Shown: in pieces, positions 41,101 through 49,200 of the stretch
Position numbering within the stretch: position 1 is the first letter of the stretch
Layout of the letters: each line of letters starts with the position of its first letter
Source of the DNA: a virus
Lineage: Duplodnaviria; Caudoviricetes
DNA: 64,000 bases
IMG/VR virus record: IMGVR_UViG_3300030372_002840
Location: 6,831-70,830 of that record
Direction: 5' to 3' (one strand)
The notes under the pieces: model-generated
Told to the model about the DNA's origin: nothing
Databases searched by the model: none
The model's input: only the letters and a program-made list of their open reading frames with translations
Translations under genes and position numbers: made by a program

Positions 41101-44100
41101 TAAAACTTTATCTCAAAACCAAGTAAATAAAATAGCAGAAGCAATAGCATTACGTACATTTATAGGACATAATGAACAATTAAAAGTTTTATTTGGGGAT
41201 CCTGCTTTTTACAAAGCATTGTACAAAAGAACCAAAGGATTAATAGGTACAAAGAAATTTGCTAGAGTAGATAATGCAATAGACAATTGGCTTAATCAAC
41301 CTGAATTCCGTAGATGGGATGGTAAAGAAGCAAATGGAACATTTAATGTATCAGTAAGTGCAGATCCTGTAACAACAGTAGATGATGCATATTATATTGA
41401 ACTAATAAGATACTTAGGAAAAGAAAAGGCTGATAAGTATACAAATATAGAAGAAGCTGATGCACAAGCATATGCTTCTATGGACTTTTACAGAGAGTTT
41501 TTAATAAGAGTAGGTGATTGGAGTCAAGCTCAGGAAGATTTATTTCAAGAAATAATGAGTAATCCTGATGCAGTAGTACCATCAAAAACTTTATTTGAAA
41601 CATTCCCTGTTTTAAAACCTCAGTATTTTGGACCACAGATTACAAATAATCCTATATATGCTCCATATTTTATGAAGTTATCATTAGCACCTATATTCCC
41701 GCAAATGGCAACTGTAAATGGAGAACGTACTCAGCTAGCAGATCTTATAGAGGATATGAATAATACTCAAACAGATATTAAAATATTCCCAACAGGTGTT
41801 AAAGTAGGACATAGAGTAGGTAAAAATGGTAAAGCACCTAATTTTTATAATAAAGATGGTAGTATAGCTAAAATAGAACCAAATTTAAGATCTATTCTTG
41901 ATTTTAAATATATGGGAATACAAGTAGATATATCCCCAAAACCTAAAACTACATCAACTGTAGGGACACAAGCACGTACACACTTATTAGCTAATATGTA
42001 TAATGGGGGAGTACCTGTAGATTTTGATAATGGGATTAATGAATGGAACTTATTAACAGAAAAGCAGAAAAACGAAGAGTCTCCAGTTTACAAATTAACT
42101 CAAGAATATAAAAGATTACACTCTGAATTAGTAAATAGATCTAAAAATAGAATATTAGATAGATTTAATTTAGTACAAGAAGGTAATAAATATAAACTTA
42201 AGGATGGAGATTTAAAAAGCTTTACAGAATTTATACAAGAGGAAATAGCTAGTAGGCAATGGCCAGAAAATATTGCAGCCGGTGTTAATTTTTTGTTAAA
42301 GCAAAATCAATCAGAAGCAGTATTTGATATACTAGTCAATAAAGATAGAATAGAAAGTTTATTATTTTCTATTATAGGTAATAATGTAGTAACACAAAAA
42401 TTTAAAGGAGATTTACGAGTACAAACTGCATCTACCGGTTTTGAAACAACCTTAAGAGCAGTTAAACAAAAAGCTGGTAAACAGTATAATATAGGTAGCC
42501 CATTAAAATTCTACAGAAAAGAGGATGCTGGTATAGGGTCATCTAAAACATTAGGTATGGAAGTTTTAATGCCACATTACTTTAAAGAGTACTTTGGTGT
42601 TGATATGGAAATAAGACCTGATGGTATATATAATAAACAAGGAGAAAAGGTAGGAGATCAATCTTTACTAGAAGTTATAGGGTTCCGTATACCAACTGAT
42701 GGGCTTCATTCTATTGAATTCATAAAAGTAAAAGGATTCTTACCTGAAAAATCAGGTTCGCAAATTGTAGTACCAGCAGAGCTAGTAACTAAATCTGGAT
42801 CTGACTTTGATATTGATAAATTAACATTATACTTCCCTGCATATAGAATTGACGGAAGAGGTAAAATAAGAAAAAAAGAATATTTAGAAGGAGCTGTAGA
42901 TGAAAATGGATATGCAACTGAAAAAACTTTGCAAAAATTTTATGACGATAAATATGGCCCTACTTTAAACTTTATAAAAGATTTAGATAGAGAATTAACT
43001 GAGGCTAAACGTTATAGAAGAGAAGATAAATATACTGGTCTTGGTGATGCTGTAGATAGATTAATGGTAGCAATATTTGCAGAAAAAGCATTTAGTGATG
43101 AAGAAATGAAGGTGCTTGAAAATACTTTTAATGCAGATAAAAATTTATCTGAAGATAAAAGATTAGATTCTATAGTAAATCAATATAAAGAATTACAAAA
43201 AAGAGTAAAAGATATACCTACATTTACACAGTTTAAAAAAGAAAACAAAGAAAAAACTATTGAACAGTTAAATGACAAAGGAGCTATACAAAATAGAATA
43301 ATGGATATATCTAAAATGATATTAGAAGATGCTAATTCATATGAGCAGTTACTATCTCCTATAGGTGTAGACATTCTAAAAAAACATGTTACAAGGCTAA
43401 GAGAACTCAATCCAAAGTTAGACCCAGGCTCTCCTAGTTACGCAGAATTAATATCCTTAGCACACGTATTAAAAACAGGGACATCTTTCTGGTCAGGACA
43501 AGCAGGCCTGGGAATAGCAGCTGTAAATTCTACACACGTAGTTAAATCTCAGCAAGCAGGATTATTTATACCTGCTAACACTACAGTAGAATCAGCAGGA
43601 GAATCATATAAACCTAGTATAAACTTTGCAGGATTTGACGCATCTAGTAATGGAGGTGAAATAAGTTTAGCTAGACAATATGCAATAAATGAAAAAGGAC
43701 AAAACTCAGATGAACTTATAACTGGTATAATGTCTGAACTTGTAAATGCATATGTAGATGTAGCAGATGATCCATTTATATTTGATTTAAATGCTGTACC
43801 AGAAGCTAGTAATGCAATGTTCTTTTTAATTAGAGCAGGGGTTCCTACAGATAAAGTATTTACATTTTTAAATCAGCCTATAATAAGAGATTATTTTACA
43901 ACATTAAAAGATAGTAGCAGTAAATTTTTAGAAATAAAAGGAGCTAATGTGTCTAAACGTAAAGTTAGAGATTATATAGCTAGCTTATATACTGAGAAAC
44001 TAAATGGGAAAGCATCTCCTACTAGAACAATGTTTACATTAGCTCAATTAGAATCTATGGTAGGTATAGATGTATCTAAAATGTCTCCACAACAAGCTGC

Positions 44101-46198
44101 AGATCAGTTACAAATATTAAAAGACTTTTTGCAATATGATGCGGTAGGTAGCAAACTAAGTACATTAGTAAATGCACAGTCGTTTGATACTAATCCTTCT
44201 AAAGGAAGACATCACACAGATTTAATGCTAGCAAAAGAGTCTGAAATTATGGAATCAGGTTATTTTGGTAATGCTGATAAAATATATGGGCTAACACATG
44301 TAGGAGCATTTAGAAATACTACTGCAGAGTCAAAGAATATGTTTAATATGTTCTTTATAACTAGTCAATTAAAAAATACAACTCCTTTAGAAAATATTAA
44401 AAAGGTATTTACAAATCAAAGTATAGTGTATCCAGAAAAAGATAGAATATATGGAATGCGAGAAGCAGAAAATGATTTTATTACTGCAGCACTGCAAGGC
44501 TTAATGCGAACAACTGATGCTTCTGGTAAACGTGTAAATGTTGGATCTATATATAATAGGATAGATGAACTGTTTATGGGACCTAATAGTTTACCTGTAA
44601 GGTTGCAAAAACTACAGCAGGATCCTAGAATGAAGAAAAATCCATTTATAGAAGGATTAATACCCATTATAACTAAAGAAGTAAATGATACAAACAATTT
44701 ACAGTACATGTCTAAAATATTAAGTACATACGAAAGTAATGTATTGTATGATGCGTTTATGGAACTGCCTATAACAGTACAAAATGATTTAATAGACTTT
44801 GCTATATTACAATCTGGTATATCTACTACACCACAATCTTTCTTAAGTATAATACCTAATGATATATATGCTGCAAGAGCTGTAGAAGTTATTAAAATAC
44901 TAAGAAAACGTAATAAATTACCTAATTTAGATAACTTTTATAACAATTTCTGGAAAAATAATGCAGAAAATGCAAGAATAGTACCTAGATTACCTCGTAA
45001 TTTTACTAGAGTATATAAAGGAAAACAATTTCCTAAAATACCTGCAGGTCATGCATTTAATCAATTCCCGTTTGTATCTATATCTAGAGAAGTAATTACA
45101 GATCCTAAAGAAAGAAAGGAAAGAATAGCAAAAGGGAGGACACTGCCTAAAAAAATTGTATTGTTTCAAAGAGTAGACGGTAATTGGGTAGAAGTTGATA
45201 AAATGGGTAATGGTAGATTTTTAAAAGAATATCCACCTACACAAGAAAAGTCTTTATTAGACAAAAATACTACAGTAAATACAGGATTAGCACAACTGCG
45301 TGCTAATGAAAAAGATCCATTACCGTCCGGGTATACAACAAATGTACAAAATGGGTTAAGAGATGAAAGAATAAAGTTTATAGCGGCAAATAAAGGAGTA
45401 TTAAGAACTCAAAGATATGAACTAGAGGATGGTACTACTATTCCAATAGCTAATCGGGGGCAGATACAAGTAAAGGATTTGAATACTAATGAAAAAAAGG
45501 CTAACTTTGCAAACAGATTAGGTTTTAGCGGAGGATGGGATGCATTAGTAAAAGCTATAAATGGAGGTATATATCCTATATCACCAAAATGGTTATCTAA
45601 TCCTAATTGGAAGTTAGATTTATTTGATGTCGGTATTCCTACAGTAATGGAAAATACTAACAGCAGTATAGATCCAAACACAGCTGTATCTTTTAATACT
45701 ATATCAATAGATGCACTTGGAGGATTTGCATCTAAAGACCCTACAGGAGGAGCAATAGGAAGAGAATTGTATAATAGCTATTCATCACTAATTGTACAAC
45801 AAATAGAAGCAGGTAATAAAACGTTTGTAATACCATTAATGCCAGGAAGTGGTATGATTGCCATTAGAGCAGCATTAGCTGTACAAAGAACAAACCCCGG
45901 TGTAAAAATAATAGGAGTACAATCTTTTAATGGAATAGAAGCTACATATCCTGAAGAATTTAAATCTGAGTTTAGAATGATTGCTAACAGATTAAAATCT
46001 AATGGGAATACAATAGTTACAAGAGGTAAAAAATACATTCAGGTAACAAATAAAGCTGCAAGATCTAAAGCGCATAAGAGTAGAGATCAGTTTATAAATG
46101 CTAACACAAAGAATTCTATAAATATGCCTTTTGAGGATGCTAAAGAAATTGCAAGAATTAAAGAAAACAATAAAAAGAAAAGTGAAAACTGTAATTAA
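32138..46198 (+). CDS. Giant virion-packaged multidomain RNA polymerase (4686 aa; N-terminal membrane/coiled-coil region, zincin, two-barrel RNAP, C-terminal SLOG)
   Basis: KSGSDFDIDKL (DFDID aa 3556-3560, nt 42803-42817), EADAQAY, GFRIPTDGLHS, LVNAYVDVADD; HETFH...EEWLAEEF zincin at aa 2178. Confidence 0.9.
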   Translation: MAEELTPDLTNFSTTEELPVDNQLTEQEEEKKEDISPDISSYAPVARIKGQSAIKEMSPTPLGNLGLGLGDSKWDFHRKHEGLTLEQAVDINETRGRRQSKGDKWANGMLKALGKTGTNLVGGTIGAIYGAASGLYNLEFDKVFNNSFANSLDNINEWMDNKLPNYYTKYEREAEFWRRAGTANFWSDQFMNGMSFVAGAALTEMAWVYATGLTFGAAAPIAAAAHARNMARLKRIFKVADRGADANKLKELTRAAQQTTLLRQGGNLMRQIYTGAGYEAGVEARGHYDHLKQALIDKAKLENGGKELSETELEKIEKVARASSNGVFTGNLLLVGGGNMLMLSKLYGPGHAIKKGWNKAMSSIIPGFGKGVRVAGKGASKKAQAAYKTSRLGQALGVPQKAQEFINKGLSRTKAALKVPLYEGFVEEGGQSVIDKAAYNYNMLKYGPEGQKTAVSLLEATRQAGMETYGSDDGMTEVMLGFLIGAIGLPGASGSLTNIQQQLKDVGAREDLQDFMADYYNKNVDLLAALKSQGEFMTETQELSNLMDHAMAEGNLAAWKDLENDQLFSYVKSKIMSGQFADIVEDAESLRNLSDEQFMELFDYNKEDFKSSADISKRKNKVADDVIKRANKIKEGFDAVDGMFDFGKEKWTNEEAKKLRESMAHSLSVIENVSEREKALTYALAELTGGRVVESQDTKNKGAARTIVYGEGENSKSFTLSDFSSSTDLHNYKKYQKVLKDIDSGKMKESPIPGKSIEEARAIIADTLEQLRVRIDQFAGSPEVDITELTAEELDLLSAFLPQMEEWGQNDPAGYGKNLKEALQLIKDLRHLRARRHEFIGNFNNLMYGPKVARDQHLQEIERYIEDIKNEEGVEGLMDPEARELFQKFGPNAKFKVNDKFYRFTPEGILYEDGDKNQTPVDPSILRGIAEQDIITTEKEKATKLLDALKKLKEKKGEKIKELHNKIAEEEEKILQYLIELEEEYEGFKQDTKGRYRKDGKFISSKKVQELKEFHTVLNELIKESELAIKETQELVDEIVAQQDYITELVEKHYDPEQGIFTMDFDATYELSKQVRMTGAELLGLPIIGDMESGKSLQEPADHIKKSKEIIDGINEVVDAAKTNIAILQEKIFELKQTRNDLEQILIRKLKEAESGLQSVQGKTLDEIYVNNVSNADKTVAVLEAQEEEDGVPQEQRKSTPLRRLLNIIYETGGKGLTTFSEYRTFIEDNPGILDPLDVYLQDVFKVNNALNDANFLKQELDLLDNEISNIKNLINEIRSDQGNEADADQTIQLANSVIEAGRFQTIMDELTELMLELEEEILKPIANKDDDSADPSDPKPSDTTTDPNPPTDGNNTNNDKNTEKDNKRLYTMSVESPYLYSSTTGMHNTHLERYRILGAKKSRTTDEEKEYKHHKNQLKFYRALNAYHPYRVKKGSKQATVSLMAVSANDLNDPNLDPRIKEALKDSFYNEDTGKFDDTGSMDAQKADIKLVMVYTNSGQPYLVTEKGKNSNKGTVAFTSAKRSTTELETEDGQVSRFSNPLERPQEEYDALVEEKSNAWAQWRANTLNKNYEDGVSVLNKIYRINEVSVGMPNFQENKLFPAKGRVGQTNLDQVDLKIAKNVNKTTGRATITLGKKGKARSLDVNPGFVYVEKNGGYIPFKVRTLESSEADNVTNILRKIAENRAQATKEAEEQGLKGAEKTNYIKDRLHIVEGVDLEIPDLIRQVRNVVFMGNVTSKNKDHYKPEYRLSYDRNKKGYLYGLDGFISNQQLVKNDAKAIAEFKNFLLTKYHQVDAAMVNASRTKEKGKKATSNPYTHLVLDNNLNVNQEKTKTYKNYVEYLLENEGRDTAPPLQVSVPQDDEGIEAPQFKYRKVMFDANQPTKRSTAPVLTPEDTSIANETIGDEAIEGAHPTQTESLQLFTPVLNLLGEQKAYTLPSTPDFPNGIKITPIIVDGKVTGHKAILNYFQIDPTNPMIESTFPKGLTWDQTINLLKKDFAEYKQDPWTVGFEDFLAFKYHADMNLEQEKENYTLTDEQIERDEELPSEDPSPTPSTNENIDETSSSTTDLSDLISENTEPSEVDVTDADNFMDDFDPEGDVNLDDEADMAYVDSIEVQNRDNQQLIDEIKNATRMLPWNEIIKVIGVINRNNRRSYGRVLGHGKTLVSTIGPGGVAYHETFHQVSLYILSKESREGMYSAVKNLKGKGRPGFGKEMKSFKDFTNREAEEWLAEEFRKYILSNGTRDLTKYETAEKGFFKRIFDLIKNFLRTHLGLSNTLQPDPSMAEVQRLFENINAGKYAESKPDTRNDLDAVAEMAILEGKSATDSVELMNNISMYLGKQLFNDNPITSADIELLTDPTRKQEFSRTLKLKYTESIKDLKKDLYQLAAIAKKKGNITLYANLVKDLRYIQDNTRYLFRQHRNFIMQFGLDYNIEMDDVALEQDRSKDVYNILDSFNFSTVTNANPLIKLMIGTLPGERSQVTGLPSVVDYTKTMNFLKEKLTNTTTISQQIEVLKALEPNRPYITELLKRLGDIGNTGTMSYDELKTHNLFAQEFTTTKNKFITYLIDERGNFHPIDSNKQQINGIIGRQWKSNLMAKIGTMLKQEDGVNVIDLDYKIPIKSLGVKLSIRDLQNNPKKLKEIQGPALIDFYSAMGITFSNPDALLDNNNKLNEESLPVILTDTFSWIISQLDDNTKDSDLFSRDHLNITTKLGKLIEAELLHNDTVVELRHFTPEGKPVYGITLHNYMSMVLSDLNKGILPRHLEGNPHALNSLLIKHSQQGGQTSINVIQGLDTRNSKQGSLTSKLSPGDRLAIMANSLLQKNPISSLLRTADGKTEYGITLPESTPSNILKANKIYKGYFKDELQLARNLNADGIGSDVNYFRNEAQGLRIFDSIVNIPSETKQHKLFKADLTKALNGTMNVDEFMESNGDYVAGLTRKYLKKEAKTIRELLHKNRIIEDVSLVNNGLDPQLLQKLFNLDGPAPKTLSQNQVNKIAEAIALRTFIGHNEQLKVLFGDPAFYKALYKRTKGLIGTKKFARVDNAIDNWLNQPEFRRWDGKEANGTFNVSVSADPVTTVDDAYYIELIRYLGKEKADKYTNIEEADAQAYASMDFYREFLIRVGDWSQAQEDLFQEIMSNPDAVVPSKTLFETFPVLKPQYFGPQITNNPIYAPYFMKLSLAPIFPQMATVNGERTQLADLIEDMNNTQTDIKIFPTGVKVGHRVGKNGKAPNFYNKDGSIAKIEPNLRSILDFKYMGIQVDISPKPKTTSTVGTQARTHLLANMYNGGVPVDFDNGINEWNLLTEKQKNEESPVYKLTQEYKRLHSELVNRSKNRILDRFNLVQEGNKYKLKDGDLKSFTEFIQEEIASRQWPENIAAGVNFLLKQNQSEAVFDILVNKDRIESLLFSIIGNNVVTQKFKGDLRVQTASTGFETTLRAVKQKAGKQYNIGSPLKFYRKEDAGIGSSKTLGMEVLMPHYFKEYFGVDMEIRPDGIYNKQGEKVGDQSLLEVIGFRIPTDGLHSIEFIKVKGFLPEKSGSQIVVPAELVTKSGSDFDIDKLTLYFPAYRIDGRGKIRKKEYLEGAVDENGYATEKTLQKFYDDKYGPTLNFIKDLDRELTEAKRYRREDKYTGLGDAVDRLMVAIFAEKAFSDEEMKVLENTFNADKNLSEDKRLDSIVNQYKELQKRVKDIPTFTQFKKENKEKTIEQLNDKGAIQNRIMDISKMILEDANSYEQLLSPIGVDILKKHVTRLRELNPKLDPGSPSYAELISLAHVLKTGTSFWSGQAGLGIAAVNSTHVVKSQQAGLFIPANTTVESAGESYKPSINFAGFDASSNGGEISLARQYAINEKGQNSDELITGIMSELVNAYVDVADDPFIFDLNAVPEASNAMFFLIRAGVPTDKVFTFLNQPIIRDYFTTLKDSSSKFLEIKGANVSKRKVRDYIASLYTEKLNGKASPTRTMFTLAQLESMVGIDVSKMSPQQAADQLQILKDFLQYDAVGSKLSTLVNAQSFDTNPSKGRHHTDLMLAKESEIMESGYFGNADKIYGLTHVGAFRNTTAESKNMFNMFFITSQLKNTTPLENIKKVFTNQSIVYPEKDRIYGMREAENDFITAALQGLMRTTDASGKRVNVGSIYNRIDELFMGPNSLPVRLQKLQQDPRMKKNPFIEGLIPIITKEVNDTNNLQYMSKILSTYESNVLYDAFMELPITVQNDLIDFAILQSGISTTPQSFLSIIPNDIYAARAVEVIKILRKRNKLPNLDNFYNNFWKNNAENARIVPRLPRNFTRVYKGKQFPKIPAGHAFNQFPFVSISREVITDPKERKERIAKGRTLPKKIVLFQRVDGNWVEVDKMGNGRFLKEYPPTQEKSLLDKNTTVNTGLAQLRANEKDPLPSGYTTNVQNGLRDERIKFIAANKGVLRTQRYELEDGTTIPIANRGQIQVKDLNTNEKKANFANRLGFSGGWDALVKAINGGIYPISPKWLSNPNWKLDLFDVGIPTVMENTNSSIDPNTAVSFNTISIDALGGFASKDPTGGAIGRELYNSYSSLIVQQIEAGNKTFVIPLMPGSGMIAIRAALAVQRTNPGVKIIGVQSFNGIEATYPEEFKSEFRMIANRLKSNGNTIVTRGKKYIQVTNKAARSKAHKSRDQFINANTKNSINMPFEDAKEIARIKENNKKKSENCN

Positions 46199-46200
46199 TT

Positions 46201-49200
46201 ATGGCGTGTAAAGTAATATATAATTCAAGTAACAATGTAACAGATGTATTTGCAGATAATGGTGCTCCATCTATATTGTGGCAAGATCTAAAAGAACTAG
46301 TAGGTAATGGAGATACTGCATACGACAATTATGTAAGAACACAAACAAAAGCATTTAAATCATTAGAAAAAACTCCTTTAGATTTAGATGTTAATAACGA
46401 ACCTACAATACAATTTGTTGTAGATAATATGCCTCCAATTACACCTGTTTCTAAAGAAGCACTAGCTGTTGTTGAAGAAGAAGTTGTAAAAACAGATAAA
46501 TTAGATCTTGCAATGAAAAACTTCTTATCTCAAATAGGAGTTAGTTTAAAAGTAGTTGACCAAGTAACAGACAGGGACGGAAATCCAATGTCGTCAATTG
46601 CTATTGCTGATATGTTAAGAAAGGTAGTAGAAATTGCAAATGGGAAAGCTGATATAACAACACTCCCTGAAGAAGCAGCCCACTTTTTAGTAGAAATATT
46701 AGAAAAAACAGGAAATCCATTATTTAATTCTATGTATAATAGTGTTCCTAACTATAATATATACGCTCAAACTATAGAAGATTATAAAGATAGAAAGGAT
46801 TACCAAGGAAATGACCATAAGCTACGAAAAGAAGCTATGGCTAAAGTAATTGCTCAAAAGGTAGTAGATAAATTTAATGTAGAAGAAGATCAATCTACTA
46901 TGGGTAGAATTGGTAGATGGATGGATAAAGTTATACAAGCATTAAAGAAAATGTTTGGATTAAATACCTCTTTTGATGATGCTGCATTTGAACTATTAAA
47001 TGTAGAAGCAAATAAATATAAAAATGCTGCCAGCGAGATCCAAAGTAATGAAATATATGAACAGGCAGATTTAGGAGGAAAAGAACAAGATAGAGTTGTA
47101 AATGCTTTTAAAGTTGACCACAAGGCCCTTAGAAAGCAAATGATTGATAAAACAGATATACCTGGACTTGAAGTTATAAAAGAATTTACAGAAGGTGAGC
47201 AGTTAGAAAGGTATGTATATACTGACCCTGAAACGGGGGAAAAGAAAACTGTAACAAATCGTACAACAGATGACAGCAATAGATCTTTTATAAAATTTGT
47301 AAGAGATATATTAAAAAAGGACCCTTTACAGATAAACTCTACGGAAAAAAGTTTATTTACAAGAAACCAGGGAACCGTATTGCATGGCGTATATCAAAAC
47401 CTGGTAGAAAACTTTGCATCGGGAAAAGCTTTTAAACATGTACAATTAGATAATGTCCATAATGAAAAAATAAGAAGCTTAGATAATATCAAGAATAACA
47501 CACCGGGATTTGAACTAATGCCTGATAGAGGTAATGTATATAAAAATGCATCATGGGTTAATATGAGAGCAGGTATTAGAGATGTATTAAAAACTATAGA
47601 CAAAAAACAAAGTGAAATAAATTCTAAAGGAACTGCTAAAATTCTAACAGAGGTACAAATATACGACCCTAAAGAAGACAAAGCGGGTACAATAGACATG
47701 GTAGTAGTATATTCTGATGGTAGTGTTGCAATATATGATTGGAAAAATTTTATAAACCCATATAGTGATTATGTTACTAAACCAGGAGAAAAGGCTCAAT
47801 TAATAAAAGGATTTACAGATGCTAAAATAGATGGGTGGAATACTCAAATTGGGATTTATAGAAATATGCTAAAGAAAAGATTTAATGTAGATAATTTTAG
47901 AGAGCTGCGTATTATACCTGTGCATGTACAATTTAATACTCCTAACTGGAAAGATGGAGATTACACACCTAGTAGAAAAATTGAAGCATTGTACATGGGT
48001 AATAAAGGAGAATACGGAAATGAATTCTTAAGACAAATTTCTGTAGCAGGAGAAAAAGTTGGATACGAAGGTATAGATAAACTTATAAGAAAGTTACGTA
48101 AACGACGAGATAAAATACAAGAGTCGTTAAGAAATATAAAAGGGAAAAGAATAGATTTAGCAAAAACAAAAAGGTCCTTAAAAACACTTAATGATCAAAT
48201 TCAAAGATTAATTGTAGATAAAGATTTATTAGACGTTTTAAGAGAAGCAGGTAATAATGCAGCTATAACATCTGAGCATGCGGGAATTATGGACGAGTCA
48301 GATCCTAACTTTATATCTGCGACTGTATTAAGAAATGCATTGCAAGATTCAAAAATGTTTGATGTGATTGTAGCAGAGTCTCAAGATTATATAGATAAAC
48401 TAGTAAGAGATTTACCCCCAAAAGAAGCATTAGATACAAAAGCTGCATTTAATAAAGCAGCTCAAACTGTTAGAAATCACGGAGAAGTTATAAAGCAAGC
48501 ATTATTTAATAGAGCAATAGCTTTAGGGGAAAAATATGATGAGAATTTAAAAGTAAAACCTAAGCAATTAGGGTCTTGGTCTAAACTATTTACACAAATG
48601 TCTCAAATAGATCATCCAATATTTAGAACAGCTTATAGAGAAATAAATCATTCTTTTAATAAAACAAAAGCAATTACTGATGGTATATATGAAGATATAC
48701 AAAAGCTTTTAAAAGCTATAGAAGAGACTGGTATGTCTAAGGAAGATGCATATAAACTTATGATCAAAGATACTATTAAAAATGGTAAAGTAGTGTCAAG
48801 AGGATTAGTAGGTAAATACAGCGCTAAATTTTTAGACGAATTAGAAAAAAGAAAAGAGAGTGGAAAACCTGAAGATATAAAATGGATAAAAGATAATTTT
48901 AAGATTAGGGAAAATGCATATGATCAATTTATACAAAACAAAAAATTTATAGAAGAACAAGAAGTTATAAATAAAGAGGCATATAGGACTACAGATGCAG
49001 CTGGAAAAGAAATTATCGAGGCAAAAAAAGAGAAAGCGATAGATCTTGCTATGAAGAAGTGGGATGAAAAAAATAATGTATGGAAACATGACAGCGCTTG
49101 GCTAAATGAAAATACTTTTAGATATTTAGAACCTAAAGAACCATCAAAACATTTTAGTAAAGAATATAATGCGTTAAAAGCAAATCCAGAAGTATTTGCC

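Noticed and set aside
45365-45630. Possible ASCH/PUA-like domain just before the SLOG domain of the RNAP
   Set aside because: Only a faint pattern (IKFIAANK...FANRLGF); the GxKxxTxR core is absent and I cannot support it without a profile search.
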